From assembly GCA_963798795.1 (NCBI GenBank), contig CAWCUZ010000001.1:1556099-1620098 (forward strand): 64,000 bases of DNA, read 5' to 3'. Source of the stretch: an uncultured Acidobacteriota bacterium (lineage in GTDB: Bacteria; Acidobacteriota; Vicinamibacteria; Vicinamibacterales; SCN-69-37). Shown here one piece after another: positions 30,062 to 39,264 of this stretch. The notes beneath the pieces were generated by a model that ran no database searches, had not been told where the DNA came from, and was given only the letters and a program-made list of their open reading frames with translations. Position numbers and translations under genes: made by a program. Numbering within the stretch: the first letter of the stretch is position 1; each line of letters starts with the position of its first letter.

Positions 30062-30202
30062 AGGGCGCGCCGATGATAGCGGGCGGCCCGCGCCGCGGGC
30101 AAATGCGGTCCGGTGCGGCGGGGCCGGGCGCGCGGACAAGCCCGCGACCGAGCCTTGTCGTGACCGGTCCGAATGACCTACTCTGCCCAGTCGGAGGGAC
30201 TC

Positions 30203-31399
30203 ATGTCTGTCACTCGCTTCGTCCGAGCCGCGTTGACGACCACCGCGGCGCTGGGTCTGGCCGTTGGCGTCATGCAGGCGCAACCGGCCGCGCAGCGCGG
30301 CGGCCAGGCGCAAGCCCCGGCCCCGCCGCAGGGCCCGTTGGCGCCCGAGAAATACAAGAACATCCAGGTGCTCACCAGCGTCCCGGCCGACCAGTTCGAC
30401 CTGACGATGCGGTTCGTGTCGGCGGCGGTCGACATGCCGTGCAGCAGCTGCCACGTCCGGGACGACGCGACCGGCGAATGGCAGTACGACAAAGACGACC
30501 GCCGGTCCAAGCAGACCGCGCGCAACATGATGAAGATGGTGCTCGCCGTCAACGCGAACGCCCGCGACTACGGCCTGAACAGCATCAACTGCGCCACCTG
30601 CCACCAGGGACACAACCAGCCGCAGGGACTGCAGCTCGCGCAGATGGCCACGCCCGAGGAAATCGCCCGGGCCCAGGCCATCGCGGCGGCACGACAGGGC
30701 GGCCAGGGCGGACGCGGGGGGGCGCCCGGCCAGGGGCGCGGCGGCCGCGGCCAGCAGCCGCCGGCGCCGCCGGTCGACGACGTGCTCAACAAGTACATCG
30801 ATGCGATCGGCGGCCGCGCCGCGCTCGAGAAACTCCAGACCCTCGTCGAGTCGGGCACGATGACCAACCGGATGAACGAGAAGGCGTCGTTCACCATCGA
30901 GAGCAAAGCCCCCGGCAAGTTCCGCGTCACGCTGCCGTCGATGACCGCGGGGTTCGACGGCTCGACGGGCTGGCAGCAGGCCGACAACCGCGTCGACGAT
31001 CTGGCCGGCTTCCCGCTCGACCAGGCGTCGCGGATCGCCGATCCGACCCTCGCCCTCCGCATCAAAGACCGCTTCCCCACCCTGCAGGCTTCGGGGCGCC
31101 CGGCGCGGATCGATGACAAGACCGCCACCCTGGTGCAGGGCCGGGACGGCAACCTGATCGAGCAGTTCTACTTCGATACGGACACGGGCCTGCTGCTGCG
31201 GCGCCGCATCACGACGCGCACGCCGCTCGGCCCGCTGACCGAACAGGTCGACTACGGCGACTACCGTGACGTCGCCGGCGTGAAACTGCCGTTCCGGATC
31301 ACCTACAACACCTGGAACCAGTTCGACACGTACGCGGTCGTCGACGTGAAGCCGAACGCCCAGATCGCCGATGCGCGGTTCGCGAGGCCGAAAGGGTAG
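30203..31399 (+). CDS. Diheme c-type cytochrome (PufC-like N-domain) fused to a LolA-like beta domain
   Basis: Signal peptide; YKNIQVL, CSSCH, KQTARNMMKMV, CATCHQG; C-terminal FYFDTDTGLL..YGDYRDVAGVKLP. Confidence 0.8.
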   Translation: MSVTRFVRAALTTTAALGLAVGVMQAQPAAQRGGQAQAPAPPQGPLAPEKYKNIQVLTSVPADQFDLTMRFVSAAVDMPCSSCHVRDDATGEWQYDKDDRRSKQTARNMMKMVLAVNANARDYGLNSINCATCHQGHNQPQGLQLAQMATPEEIARAQAIAAARQGGQGGRGGAPGQGRGGRGQQPPAPPVDDVLNKYIDAIGGRAALEKLQTLVESGTMTNRMNEKASFTIESKAPGKFRVTLPSMTAGFDGSTGWQQADNRVDDLAGFPLDQASRIADPTLALRIKDRFPTLQASGRPARIDDKTATLVQGRDGNLIEQFYFDTDTGLLLRRRITTRTPLGPLTEQVDYGDYRDVAGVKLPFRITYNTWNQFDTYAVVDVKPNAQIADARFARPKG

Positions 31400-34006
31400 C
31401 CCACGGACGTCCCCGTCTACGAATCGGACGTCGTCCTCCGGGACGGGTCGACGCTGCACCTGCGGCTGGCCCGTCCCGAGGACGCCGCGGCGCTCGCCGC
31501 ACTCGGCCCGCCCATCGTCCCCCGCCACGGCGGCGCGCACGACGTCGTCCTGGTCGGTGAATCGGCCGGACGCGTGAGCGCGGCGGCGCTGTACAGCCGC
31601 AATCCCGTCGCGCCGGACCACGCCGAAATCGGCTTCGTGACCGCCCCGGCGTTCCAGGGACGCGGCATCGCCACGCGGCTGCTCGAGGCGCTCGCGGAGA
31701 TCGCGCGCCGCGAGCGCATCCACACCTTCGACGCGTTCGTCCCGCCCGAGGACGACCGGATGGTCCGGGTGCTGGTGGACTCGGGTTTCGGAATCGACCG
31801 GCGCGTCGACGCCGGCGCCGTGCACGTGGTGCTGTCGCTCGAGGCCACGCCGGGGTACGAGGAACGCGCGGCCGTCCGCTCCGAGGTCGCGGCCGGCGCG
31901 TCGATGCGCGTCTTCTTCGAACCGGCCAGCGTCGTCGTCGTCGGCGCCAACCGCGAGCGCGGCAAGATCGGCGCCGAGGTCCTGCACAACGTGCGGTCGG
32001 GCGGGTTCACCGGCCGGCTTGCCGCCGTGCATCCGTCGGCCGGGGAAATCGACGGCGTGCCGGCGTACCCGCGCGTGACGGACGTGCCGGGCGACGTCGA
32101 CCTCGCGGTGATCTGCGTGCCGGCCGAGCACGTGAACCTGGTCGCCGACGACTGCATCGCCAAAGGCGTGCGCGCGCTCGTCGTCATCAGCGCCGGCTTT
32201 GCCGAGATCGGCGCGACTGGCCGCGCGCGCGAGACCGCGCTCGTGGCGAAGGTGCGCGAGGCGGGCATCCGGCTGGTGGGCCCGAACTGCATGGGGCTGC
32301 TCAACACCGACCCGGCCGTCCGGCTGAATGCGACGTTCGCGCCGGTCAATCCGCCGGCCGGCAAAGTGGCGATGTCCACGCAGAGCGGCGCCCTGGGCCT
32401 CGCGATCCTGGACTACGCCCGACAGCTTCACATCGGCCTGTCCACGTTCGTGTCGGTGGGCAACAAGGCCGACGTGTCCAGCAACGACCTCATTCAGTAC
32501 TGGGCCGCCGATCCGCGCACCGACGTCATCCTGCTGTACGTCGAGAGCTTCGGGAATCCGCGCAAGTTCGGACAGATCGCGCGGCGGATCGGCCGGCGCA
32601 AGCCGATTGTCGCCGTCAAGTCGGGCCGATCGACGGCGGGCGCGCGGGCCGCGTCGTCGCATACGGGCGCGCTCGCGTCGAGCGACGTGATCGTCGAGGC
32701 ACTCTTCCGGCAGGCCGGCGTCATCCGCACGACGACGCTCGAGGAACTGTTCGACGTGGCGGCGCTGCTCGCCAATCAGCCGGTGCCGGCGGGCCGACGG
32801 GTCGCGATCCTGACGAACGCGGGCGGACCGGCCATCCTGGCGGCCGACGCCTGCGAATCGCAGGGGCTGGAACTGCCCGCGCTGTCGGCAGGGACGGTAT
32901 CGGAGCTGCGGTCGTTCCTGCCGCCCGCCGCCTCGGTCGGCAACCCCGTGGACATGATCGCGTCGGCCAGCGCCGAGCAGTACGGCCGCGCGCTGCGCGC
33001 GCTGCTGGCCGACGAGCGCGTGGACAGCGTGCTCGTCGTGTTCATCCCGCCGCTGGTCACGCGCGGCGACGATGCCGCGCGCCAGGTGCTCGCGGCCGCG
33101 GAGGGCCATGCCGGCAAGCCGGTGCTGGGCATCTTCATGTCGACGGAGAGCCCGGCCGACCTGCTCGCGCCGATTCCCTGTTTCATGTTTCCCGAGGCCG
33201 CGGCGGTGGCGCTCGCCCGCGCGGCGACGTACGGCGAGTGGCTGCGCGCGCCCGAGGGCGTGGTGCCGGCATTCGGCGACCTCGCCGAAGCGGTCGTCCG
33301 TGACCCGGTCGAGCGGGCGCTCGCGCGCGGCGGCGGCTGGCTGACGCCCGGCGAAGCCCAGCGGCTGCTCGTGAGCGCGCGAATCCCCGTGGCCGCCAGC
33401 GAGGTCGTGTCGAGCGAGGACGCCGCGGCGGCCGCGGCGGACCGCATCGGCTATCCCGTCGCGCTCAAAGCCATCGGCCCGGAGATCGTGCACAAGACGG
33501 AGGTGGGCGGCGTGCGCCTCGGGCTGGCCAGCGCGGACGACGTGCGCGCGGCCTGGCGGGAGATGCACGTCAGGCTGTCGGGCCTGATGACGGGCGGGCT
33601 GGTGCAGCAGATGGTGGCCGGCGGGGTCGAGATGCTGATCGGCGTCACACAGGACCCGACGTTCGGGCCCGTGCTCGCGTGCGCGTCGGGCGGCACGATG
33701 GCCGAGCTGACCGCCGACAGCGAATTCCGCCTGCACCCGCTCAGCGACCGCGACGCCGCCGCGATGATCGACGGCCTGCGCGGTGCCCGCCTGCTACGCG
33801 GCTTCCGCGGCGCCCCACCCGCCGACGAGGGCGCGCTCAGAGACGCCCTGCTGCGCCTGTCCGCCGTGGTCAGCCTCTGCCCCGAAATCGAAGAGCTCGA
33901 TATCAACCCGATCGTGGTCCGCCCCTCCGGCGCGCAGGCGCTGGACGTGCGCGTGCGCGTCGAGAAGATCAGGAGCAAGCCGCTGGCGCGCAGGGTGACG
34001 TACTGA
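31400..34006 (+). CDS. GNAT plus acyl-CoA synthetase (NDP-forming)-like fusion, protein acetyltransferase Pat type (start unresolved)
   Basis: DVVLRDGS, QGRGIAT, RLVGPNCMG, QSGALG, SVGNKADV, NAGGP, HKTEVGGV, ELDINP. Confidence 0.9.
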   Translation, partial: PTDVPVYESDVVLRDGSTLHLRLARPEDAAALAALGPPIVPRHGGAHDVVLVGESAGRVSAAALYSRNPVAPDHAEIGFVTAPAFQGRGIATRLLEALAEIARRERIHTFDAFVPPEDDRMVRVLVDSGFGIDRRVDAGAVHVVLSLEATPGYEERAAVRSEVAAGASMRVFFEPASVVVVGANRERGKIGAEVLHNVRSGGFTGRLAAVHPSAGEIDGVPAYPRVTDVPGDVDLAVICVPAEHVNLVADDCIAKGVRALVVISAGFAEIGATGRARETALVAKVREAGIRLVGPNCMGLLNTDPAVRLNATFAPVNPPAGKVAMSTQSGALGLAILDYARQLHIGLSTFVSVGNKADVSSNDLIQYWAADPRTDVILLYVESFGNPRKFGQIARRIGRRKPIVAVKSGRSTAGARAASSHTGALASSDVIVEALFRQAGVIRTTTLEELFDVAALLANQPVPAGRRVAILTNAGGPAILAADACESQGLELPALSAGTVSELRSFLPPAASVGNPVDMIASASAEQYGRALRALLADERVDSVLVVFIPPLVTRGDDAARQVLAAAEGHAGKPVLGIFMSTESPADLLAPIPCFMFPEAAAVALARAATYGEWLRAPEGVVPAFGDLAEAVVRDPVERALARGGGWLTPGEAQRLLVSARIPVAASEVVSSEDAAAAAADRIGYPVALKAIGPEIVHKTEVGGVRLGLASADDVRAAWREMHVRLSGLMTGGLVQQMVAGGVEMLIGVTQDPTFGPVLACASGGTMAELTADSEFRLHPLSDRDAAAMIDGLRGARLLRGFRGAPPADEGALRDALLRLSAVVSLCPEIEELDINPIVVRPSGAQALDVRVRVEKIRSKPLARRVTY

Positions 34007-34193
34007 GGTTCCGGGTTCGGAGTTCGGGGTTCCCGGGTTCGGTGCCGGGGTTCCCGGGTTCGGTGCCGGGGTTCCCGGGTTCGGTGCCGGCGTTCCCGGG
34101 TTCGGTGCCGGGGTTCCCGGGTTCGCTGTCGGGGTTCCCGGGTTCGGTGCCGGCGTTCCCGGGTTCGGTGCCGGGGTTCCCGGGTTCGCTGTC
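34007..34193. repeat. Left arm: 37-bp terminal inverted repeat plus 21-bp tandem repeat x8
   Basis: Unit GGGGTTCCCGGGTTCGGTGCC over 34026-34193. Confidence 0.9.
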
Positions 34194-34345
34194 GAGATTC
34201 CGGCTTCTCAGCGGGCGTATCGACATTCTGCCATTCCGCCCGCAGTCGAACGTCGCATGTTCTGCGACCGCTGCCGGCCATTTCCAAAGAACGGGCCCGT
34301 TTCGGGTCATTCACCGGCGGCACCGGTCGTGCTCTGAGACACGAC

Positions 34346-34774
34346 GTGGCGGCAGTGAAGAGCCATCGCGAACTGGAGGTGTGGAAACTCGCGGATCAAC
34401 TGCGCCGCGCCGTGCGGGATCTCACGGCGAAGCCATGTTTCACCCGGATGGTGAAGTTCCGCGACCAGCTCATGGAATCGGCCGAGTCCGGCTGTCCCAA
34501 CATCGCCGAAGGTTTTGCCCGTTTCTACCCGCGCGAGTTTGCGCGTTTCCTGCGGATCGCAAAAGGGTCCTTCGCTGAAGTGCCGGAACATCTGGATCGG
34601 GCCTTGGCCCTGGCCTTCGTCTCGCAGCGGGAGTACGAGGACGTGTGCAGTCTCTGCCACCGCGCCAGTGCTGCCGCGACCGCCCTGATCGTGTACCTCG
34701 AGGGCGCCGCCACGCCAAATCGAAGGACGCCTGAACATCGGCGGCGAACGCGGAACCGCGGCCCTGAACCCTGA
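34346..34774 (+). CDS. Four helix bundle protein (23S rRNA IVP/Avd-like family)
   Basis: SHRELEVWKLA...DQL..SA.S...NIAEGF.R...EFARFLRIAKGS.AE. Confidence 0.9.
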   Translation: MAAVKSHRELEVWKLADQLRRAVRDLTAKPCFTRMVKFRDQLMESAESGCPNIAEGFARFYPREFARFLRIAKGSFAEVPEHLDRALALAFVSQREYEDVCSLCHRASAAATALIVYLEGAATPNRRTPEHRRRTRNRGPEP

Positions 34775-34859
34775 ACCCCGGAACCGAACCCGGGAACCCG
34801 GAACCGAACCCGGGAACCCGGAACCGAACCCGGGAACCCCGAACTCCGAACCCGGAACC
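34762..34859. repeat. Right arm: GAACC tandem repeats plus 37-bp terminal inverted repeat
   Basis: 34823-34859 is the exact reverse complement of 34007-34043. Confidence 0.9.
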
Positions 34860-34862
34860 GCG

Positions 34863-35612
34863 CTATCTCTTGAACAGCGACCCCACAAACGCCAGCGCCG
34901 CCAGCGTAACGATGACCGGCCCGGTTTCGCGGTGCAGCCAGCCGGCGAGCGCGGTGCCGGCGACGATCGCAACCGCCGCGATGGCGGCCGAAATCACCAG
35001 CATCTGCGTGAGGTTCTGCGACAGGCGCTTGGCGGTCGCGGCGGGGATGATCACGAGCGATCCCATCAGCAGCACCCCGAGGTACCGCAGGCCGAGGGCG
35101 ACGGTCAGCGCGAACGCCTGCAGGTACAGCAGATTCAGCCGGCGGTGGTCGATGCGCGCGGTGCGCGCGATGTCCGGCGACACCAGCATGATCACGAGCC
35201 GGTGCTTCTGACGGATCACGAAGGCCACGACGACCGCGGCCCCCACAAGGCCGACGACCGCCTCCGGCCACTCGAGCGGCGCGGTGCGGCCGAACAGCGC
35301 CTCGACCAGGTCCTCCCCCGATGCCATCAGGCTGCCGATCGCGAGCGCCACCGAAAAGACGACGCCGATGACCGTTTCGGTGGCGAGCCGCGTCTGGTGC
35401 TCGAGCGCCCAGACGATCAGCGCGCCGAACGACAGCATCGCCGCCGCGCCGAACAGCGGATTGACGTGCAGCGCCAGCGCGATCCCGATGCCCGGCAGCG
35501 CCACGTGCGAGAGCGCGTCGGCCGCGAGCGTCATCCGCCGCATCACCGCAAAGCAGCCGATCAGCCCCGCCGCCACCGCCACCGACGTCGCCAGCAGCAG
35601 GTCAACGGTCAT
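34863..35612 (-). CDS. Metal (Zn/Mn) ABC transporter permease
   Basis: VMRRMTLAADALSHVALPG, GVLLMGSLVIIPAATA. Confidence 0.9.
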   Translation of the reverse strand: MTVDLLLATSVAVAAGLIGCFAVMRRMTLAADALSHVALPGIGIALALHVNPLFGAAAMLSFGALIVWALEHQTRLATETVIGVVFSVALAIGSLMASGEDLVEALFGRTAPLEWPEAVVGLVGAAVVVAFVIRQKHRLVIMLVSPDIARTARIDHRRLNLLYLQAFALTVALGLRYLGVLLMGSLVIIPAATAKRLSQNLTQMLVISAAIAAVAIVAGTALAGWLHRETGPVIVTLAALAFVGSLFKR

Positions 35613-36354
35613 GGACGTGGAACGCCAGCGGCGAGCCGTACACCTCGCGCAGCCGATCGGGCGTCAGGATCGTCTCCGGCGTGCCGTAACAGATCTGCTG
35701 GCCATGGCCGAGGCACAGCACCGCCGTCGCGTACCGGAAGACGATCGACAGCTCGTGCGAGATGAGCAGCACGGTGAGCCCGCGCTCCTCCTGGAGGCGA
35801 TGCGTCAGATCGTAGAGCCGCTCCTGGCCGGGTTCGTCGACGCCGGCGGTCGGCTCGTCGAGCAGCAGCACGTTGGGGTCGCCGATCAGGGCAAAGGCGA
35901 CGAGCAGCCGCTGGAATTCGCCGCCCGACAGCGCGCCGATCGGCCGCCGGCTCGCGGCCTCGGTGAGGCCCACCAGGGCGAGGAGCCCCGCAATCTCGCT
36001 GGCGCCGGTCTGGTGCAGGCCGGCGCGCGCGTGCAGAAAATCGAGGCCGGTCAGCGGCACGTCGCGCTCGAGATCGAGCTTCTGCGGCACGTAGCCGATG
36101 CGCACGTCGTCGGCCCAGCGCACGTGCCCGGTGTAGGGAATCGCGCCAATCAGCGCACGGAACAGCACGGTCTTACCCGATCCGTTCGGTCCGACCACCG
36201 CCACGGCGGCCCCGCGCGGCACCTGAAAGCTGACGTCGTCCAGCACCGTGTTCTCGCTGAACCGGACCGTCACATGACCGACGTCCAGGACGACGTTGCC
36301 GATCTCTCGCGGGGCAGGAGCCGTCGTTGAAGGCATCGGGCGCGTCCGGCTCAT
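35602..36354 (-). CDS. Metal ABC transporter ATP-binding protein
   Basis: GPNGSGKT, IGYVPQ, LSGGEFQR, LLLDEP, ISH. Confidence 0.9.
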   Translation of the reverse strand: MSRTRPMPSTTAPAPREIGNVVLDVGHVTVRFSENTVLDDVSFQVPRGAAVAVVGPNGSGKTVLFRALIGAIPYTGHVRWADDVRIGYVPQKLDLERDVPLTGLDFLHARAGLHQTGASEIAGLLALVGLTEAASRRPIGALSGGEFQRLLVAFALIGDPNVLLLDEPTAGVDEPGQERLYDLTHRLQEERGLTVLLISHELSIVFRYATAVLCLGHGQQICYGTPETILTPDRLREVYGSPLAFHVHDR

Positions 36355-36518
36355 TATGGTCCGGGCCCGCGCGAGATCCCGCCCGACCGGGTGAAAACTG
36401 CACGCACGGCCTGCGCGGAGGGCGTGCGCCACGTCCAGGCGGCTCGGGCCACCGGGCACGCGATTTGCTGTTTGGCCGTGGAGGCCGGATTTCCGGGGGC
36501 GTCGGCCGGGTCGACGAG

Positions 36519-38552
36519 ATGATGCGCTTTCGAAATCGCACGGACGCCGGCAGACATCTGGCACGCCACCTCGGCGAATTCGCCAGCCGAACCGACGTCG
36601 TGGTGCTGGGTCTGCCGCGCGGCGGCATTCCCGTCGCCGCGGAGGTCGCGCGCGCGCTGGGCGCGCCGCTCGACGTGTTCCTCGTCCGCAAGGTCGGCGT
36701 CCCGGGCCACCCCGAGCTGGCGATGGGCGCCATCGCGGAGGGCGGCGTGCGGGTGCTCAACGAGAGCATCGTGCGCGAGCTGGGGATTTCCGAGCGCGCG
36801 ATCGACCAGGCGGCGTCGCGGGAGCGGTTCGAGCTCGAGCGCCGGGACCAGCTCTATCGCGACGGCCGGCACCGGCCGGATCTGCGGGATCGCGTTGTCA
36901 TCCTCGTGGACGACGGGCTGGCGACCGGCGCGACGATGGAAGCGGCCGTCGTGGCGCTGCGCGAGTCGCATCCGGCATCGGTCATCGTCGCCGCCCCGGT
37001 CGGCGCGCGCGAGACGTGCGATCGGCTGGCGCGCATCGCGGATCGCGTCGTCTGCGCCGAGACGCCGGAGCCGTTTTCGGCGGTCGGTCTCTGGTACGAG
37101 GACTTCGCGCAGACGACGGACGAGGAGGTCCGTGACGCGCTCGCGGCCGTCGGCCGGCACCGGCAGGCCCCCTGGCCGGCATCCCCCGGCCAGGACGCGC
37201 GGCCGTCACCCGGCCACCACACGAATTCACACGACGACATGGCCGCGCTCGTGCGCGACCGAACGGTGCCGCTCCGCGGCGACGCGTCGGATTACGACGC
37301 GCTCATCGATGCGATCGGCGACGCGCGTATCGTGCTGATTGGCGAGGCGACGCACGGCACGCACGAGTTCTACCGCCAGCGCGCGCTGATCACGCGGCGG
37401 CTCATCGCCGAGTGCGGCTTCTCCGCCGTGGCGGTCGAGGCCGACTGGCCCGACGCCTACCGCATCAACCGCTACGTCCGCCTGGCGGGGCCCGACGAGG
37501 ACGCCGTCGAGTCGCTGGGCGACTTCGAGCGCTTTCCCGCCTGGATGTGGCGCAACGCCGACGTGCTGGACTTCGTCGGCTGGCTGCGCGAACACAACGC
37601 GCCGCGGCCAGACGCGGCCCGCGCCGGCTTCTACGGTCTCGATGTCTACAGCCTGCGCTCATCGATGGCCGCCGTGCTCGGCTATCTGGCCAGGGTCGAT
37701 CCCGAGGCCGAGCGGCGTGCCCGGGCGCGGTATGCGTGCTTCGATCGGTTCGGCGAGGAGCCGCAGGACGACGGCTACGCGGCGGGCCTGGGGCTGACCG
37801 GGACGTGCGAGCGCGAGGTGGTCGCCGAGCTCGTCGACCTGCGCCAGCGCGCTGCCGGGCACGCCACGCGCGACGGACGGATCGCGGCCGACGACTACTT
37901 CTTCGCCGAGCAGAACGCCCGCGCGGTCCGCAACGCCGAGGCGTACTACCGCACGATGCTGGGCGGGCACGTCGAGTCATGGAACGTGCGCGACCGCCAC
38001 ATGGCCGACACGCTGGAGGAGCTGATCCGGTTCCTCGAGGCGGGCCGACGCCAGGCGCGCGTGGTGGTCTGGGCGCACAACGCGCACCTGGGCGACGCCC
38101 GCGCCACCGAGATGGGCGAGCGCGGCGAGCTGAACATCGGCCAGCTCGTGCGGGCGCAGTACGGTATGCAGGCGGCGCTCGTGGGATTCACCACGCACGC
38201 CGGCACGGTGACCGCCGCCTCGGAATGGGACGGACCGGCGCATCGCAAGACCGTTCGCCCGTCGCTTGCCGGCAGCTACGAGCGGTTGTTCCACGACGCC
38301 GGCGTGACGCGCGGATTCCTGCCGCTCCGCACGGACCTCGATCTGGCGTCCGCGCTCGACGCGCCGCGGCTCGAGCGCGCGATTGGCGTGCTCTACCTGC
38401 CCGAGATGGAGAGCCACTACTTCCGTGCGCGGCTCGCGAGCCAGTTCGACTACGTGCTGCACGTCGATTCGACGCGCGCCGTCGAGCCGCTCGAAAAGAC
38501 GACGCCCTGGCAAGCCGGCGAGCCCGCGGAAACGTATCCCTCGGGCTTGTGA
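36519..38552 (+). CDS. Phosphoribosyltransferase-erythromycin esterase family fusion
   Basis: LGLPRGG, VILVDDGLATG; IGEATHGTHEFY, VEADWPDA, VWAHNAH. Confidence 0.9.
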   Translation: MMRFRNRTDAGRHLARHLGEFASRTDVVVLGLPRGGIPVAAEVARALGAPLDVFLVRKVGVPGHPELAMGAIAEGGVRVLNESIVRELGISERAIDQAASRERFELERRDQLYRDGRHRPDLRDRVVILVDDGLATGATMEAAVVALRESHPASVIVAAPVGARETCDRLARIADRVVCAETPEPFSAVGLWYEDFAQTTDEEVRDALAAVGRHRQAPWPASPGQDARPSPGHHTNSHDDMAALVRDRTVPLRGDASDYDALIDAIGDARIVLIGEATHGTHEFYRQRALITRRLIAECGFSAVAVEADWPDAYRINRYVRLAGPDEDAVESLGDFERFPAWMWRNADVLDFVGWLREHNAPRPDAARAGFYGLDVYSLRSSMAAVLGYLARVDPEAERRARARYACFDRFGEEPQDDGYAAGLGLTGTCEREVVAELVDLRQRAAGHATRDGRIAADDYFFAEQNARAVRNAEAYYRTMLGGHVESWNVRDRHMADTLEELIRFLEAGRRQARVVVWAHNAHLGDARATEMGERGELNIGQLVRAQYGMQAALVGFTTHAGTVTAASEWDGPAHRKTVRPSLAGSYERLFHDAGVTRGFLPLRTDLDLASALDAPRLERAIGVLYLPEMESHYFRARLASQFDYVLHVDSTRAVEPLEKTTPWQAGEPAETYPSGL

Positions 38553-38562
38553 TGGAGGTCTG

Positions 38563-39264
38563 ATGACTCTGCCGTCAACGCTGCACAGCGGACCCGTCCA
38601 GGTGCCGATTGGCGACCGCCGACTGGATGGCGACCTCACGCTGCCGGCCGGCGCGACCGGCCTCGTGCTGTTCGCGCACGGGAGCGGCAGCGGCCGCAAG
38701 AGCCCACGCAACCGCTATGTCGCCGACGTGCTGGCGACCCGCGGCGGCTTCGCGACCCTGCTCATCGACCTGCTCACTCCCGCCGAGGAGGACGTGGACC
38801 GGCGAACCGCGCATCTGCGGTTCGACATCCCGCTGCTTGCGGCCCGTCTCGCCCTGATCATCGACTGGCTCCGGACGCAACCCGAGACCCGGCCGCTGCA
38901 GATCGGCCTCTTCGGCGCCAGCACCGGCGGCGGCGCGGCGCTCGTGACCGCGGCCGACCGGCCGAACGACATTGCCGCGGTCGTCTCGCGCGGCGGCCGG
39001 CCGGATCTGGCGAACGGGGCGCTGGCGCGTGTCAAGGCGCCCACCCTGCTCGTCGTCGGCGCCCGCGACACGTCCGTGCTGAAGCTGAACCAGGACGCCA
39101 GGCAGCGGATGCCGGGCGACGTCGAGCTGGCGACCGTTCCCGGCGCCACGCATCTGTTCGAGGAGCCCGGCGCGCTGGAACGCGTCGCCGAGCTGGCGAC
39201 GCAATTCTTTGAAAAGAAGTTGGTCGGCGGGGCACCTCTGGGGTCGGACGCGGGTCAGGCCTGA
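38563..39264 (+). CDS. Dienelactone hydrolase-like alpha/beta hydrolase
   Basis: FAHGSGS, GLFGASTGG, VSRGGRPDL, GATHLFEE. Confidence 0.88.
   Translation: MTLPSTLHSGPVQVPIGDRRLDGDLTLPAGATGLVLFAHGSGSGRKSPRNRYVADVLATRGGFATLLIDLLTPAEEDVDRRTAHLRFDIPLLAARLALIIDWLRTQPETRPLQIGLFGASTGGGAALVTAADRPNDIAAVVSRGGRPDLANGALARVKAPTLLVVGARDTSVLKLNQDARQRMPGDVELATVPGATHLFEEPGALERVAELATQFFEKKLVGGAPLGSDAGQA

Noticed and set aside
30203-31399. Photosynthesis gene cluster
   Set aside because: Only two heme motifs and no puf/bch genes
28778-33736. 1652-aa giant ORF
   Set aside because: Only the last 427 aa are a symporter; the rest is antisense shadow of two real plus-strand genes in GC-rich DNA
34346-34774. Diversity-generating retroelement or 23S rRNA intervening sequence
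   Set aside because: No reverse transcriptase, TR/VR pair or rRNA in the window
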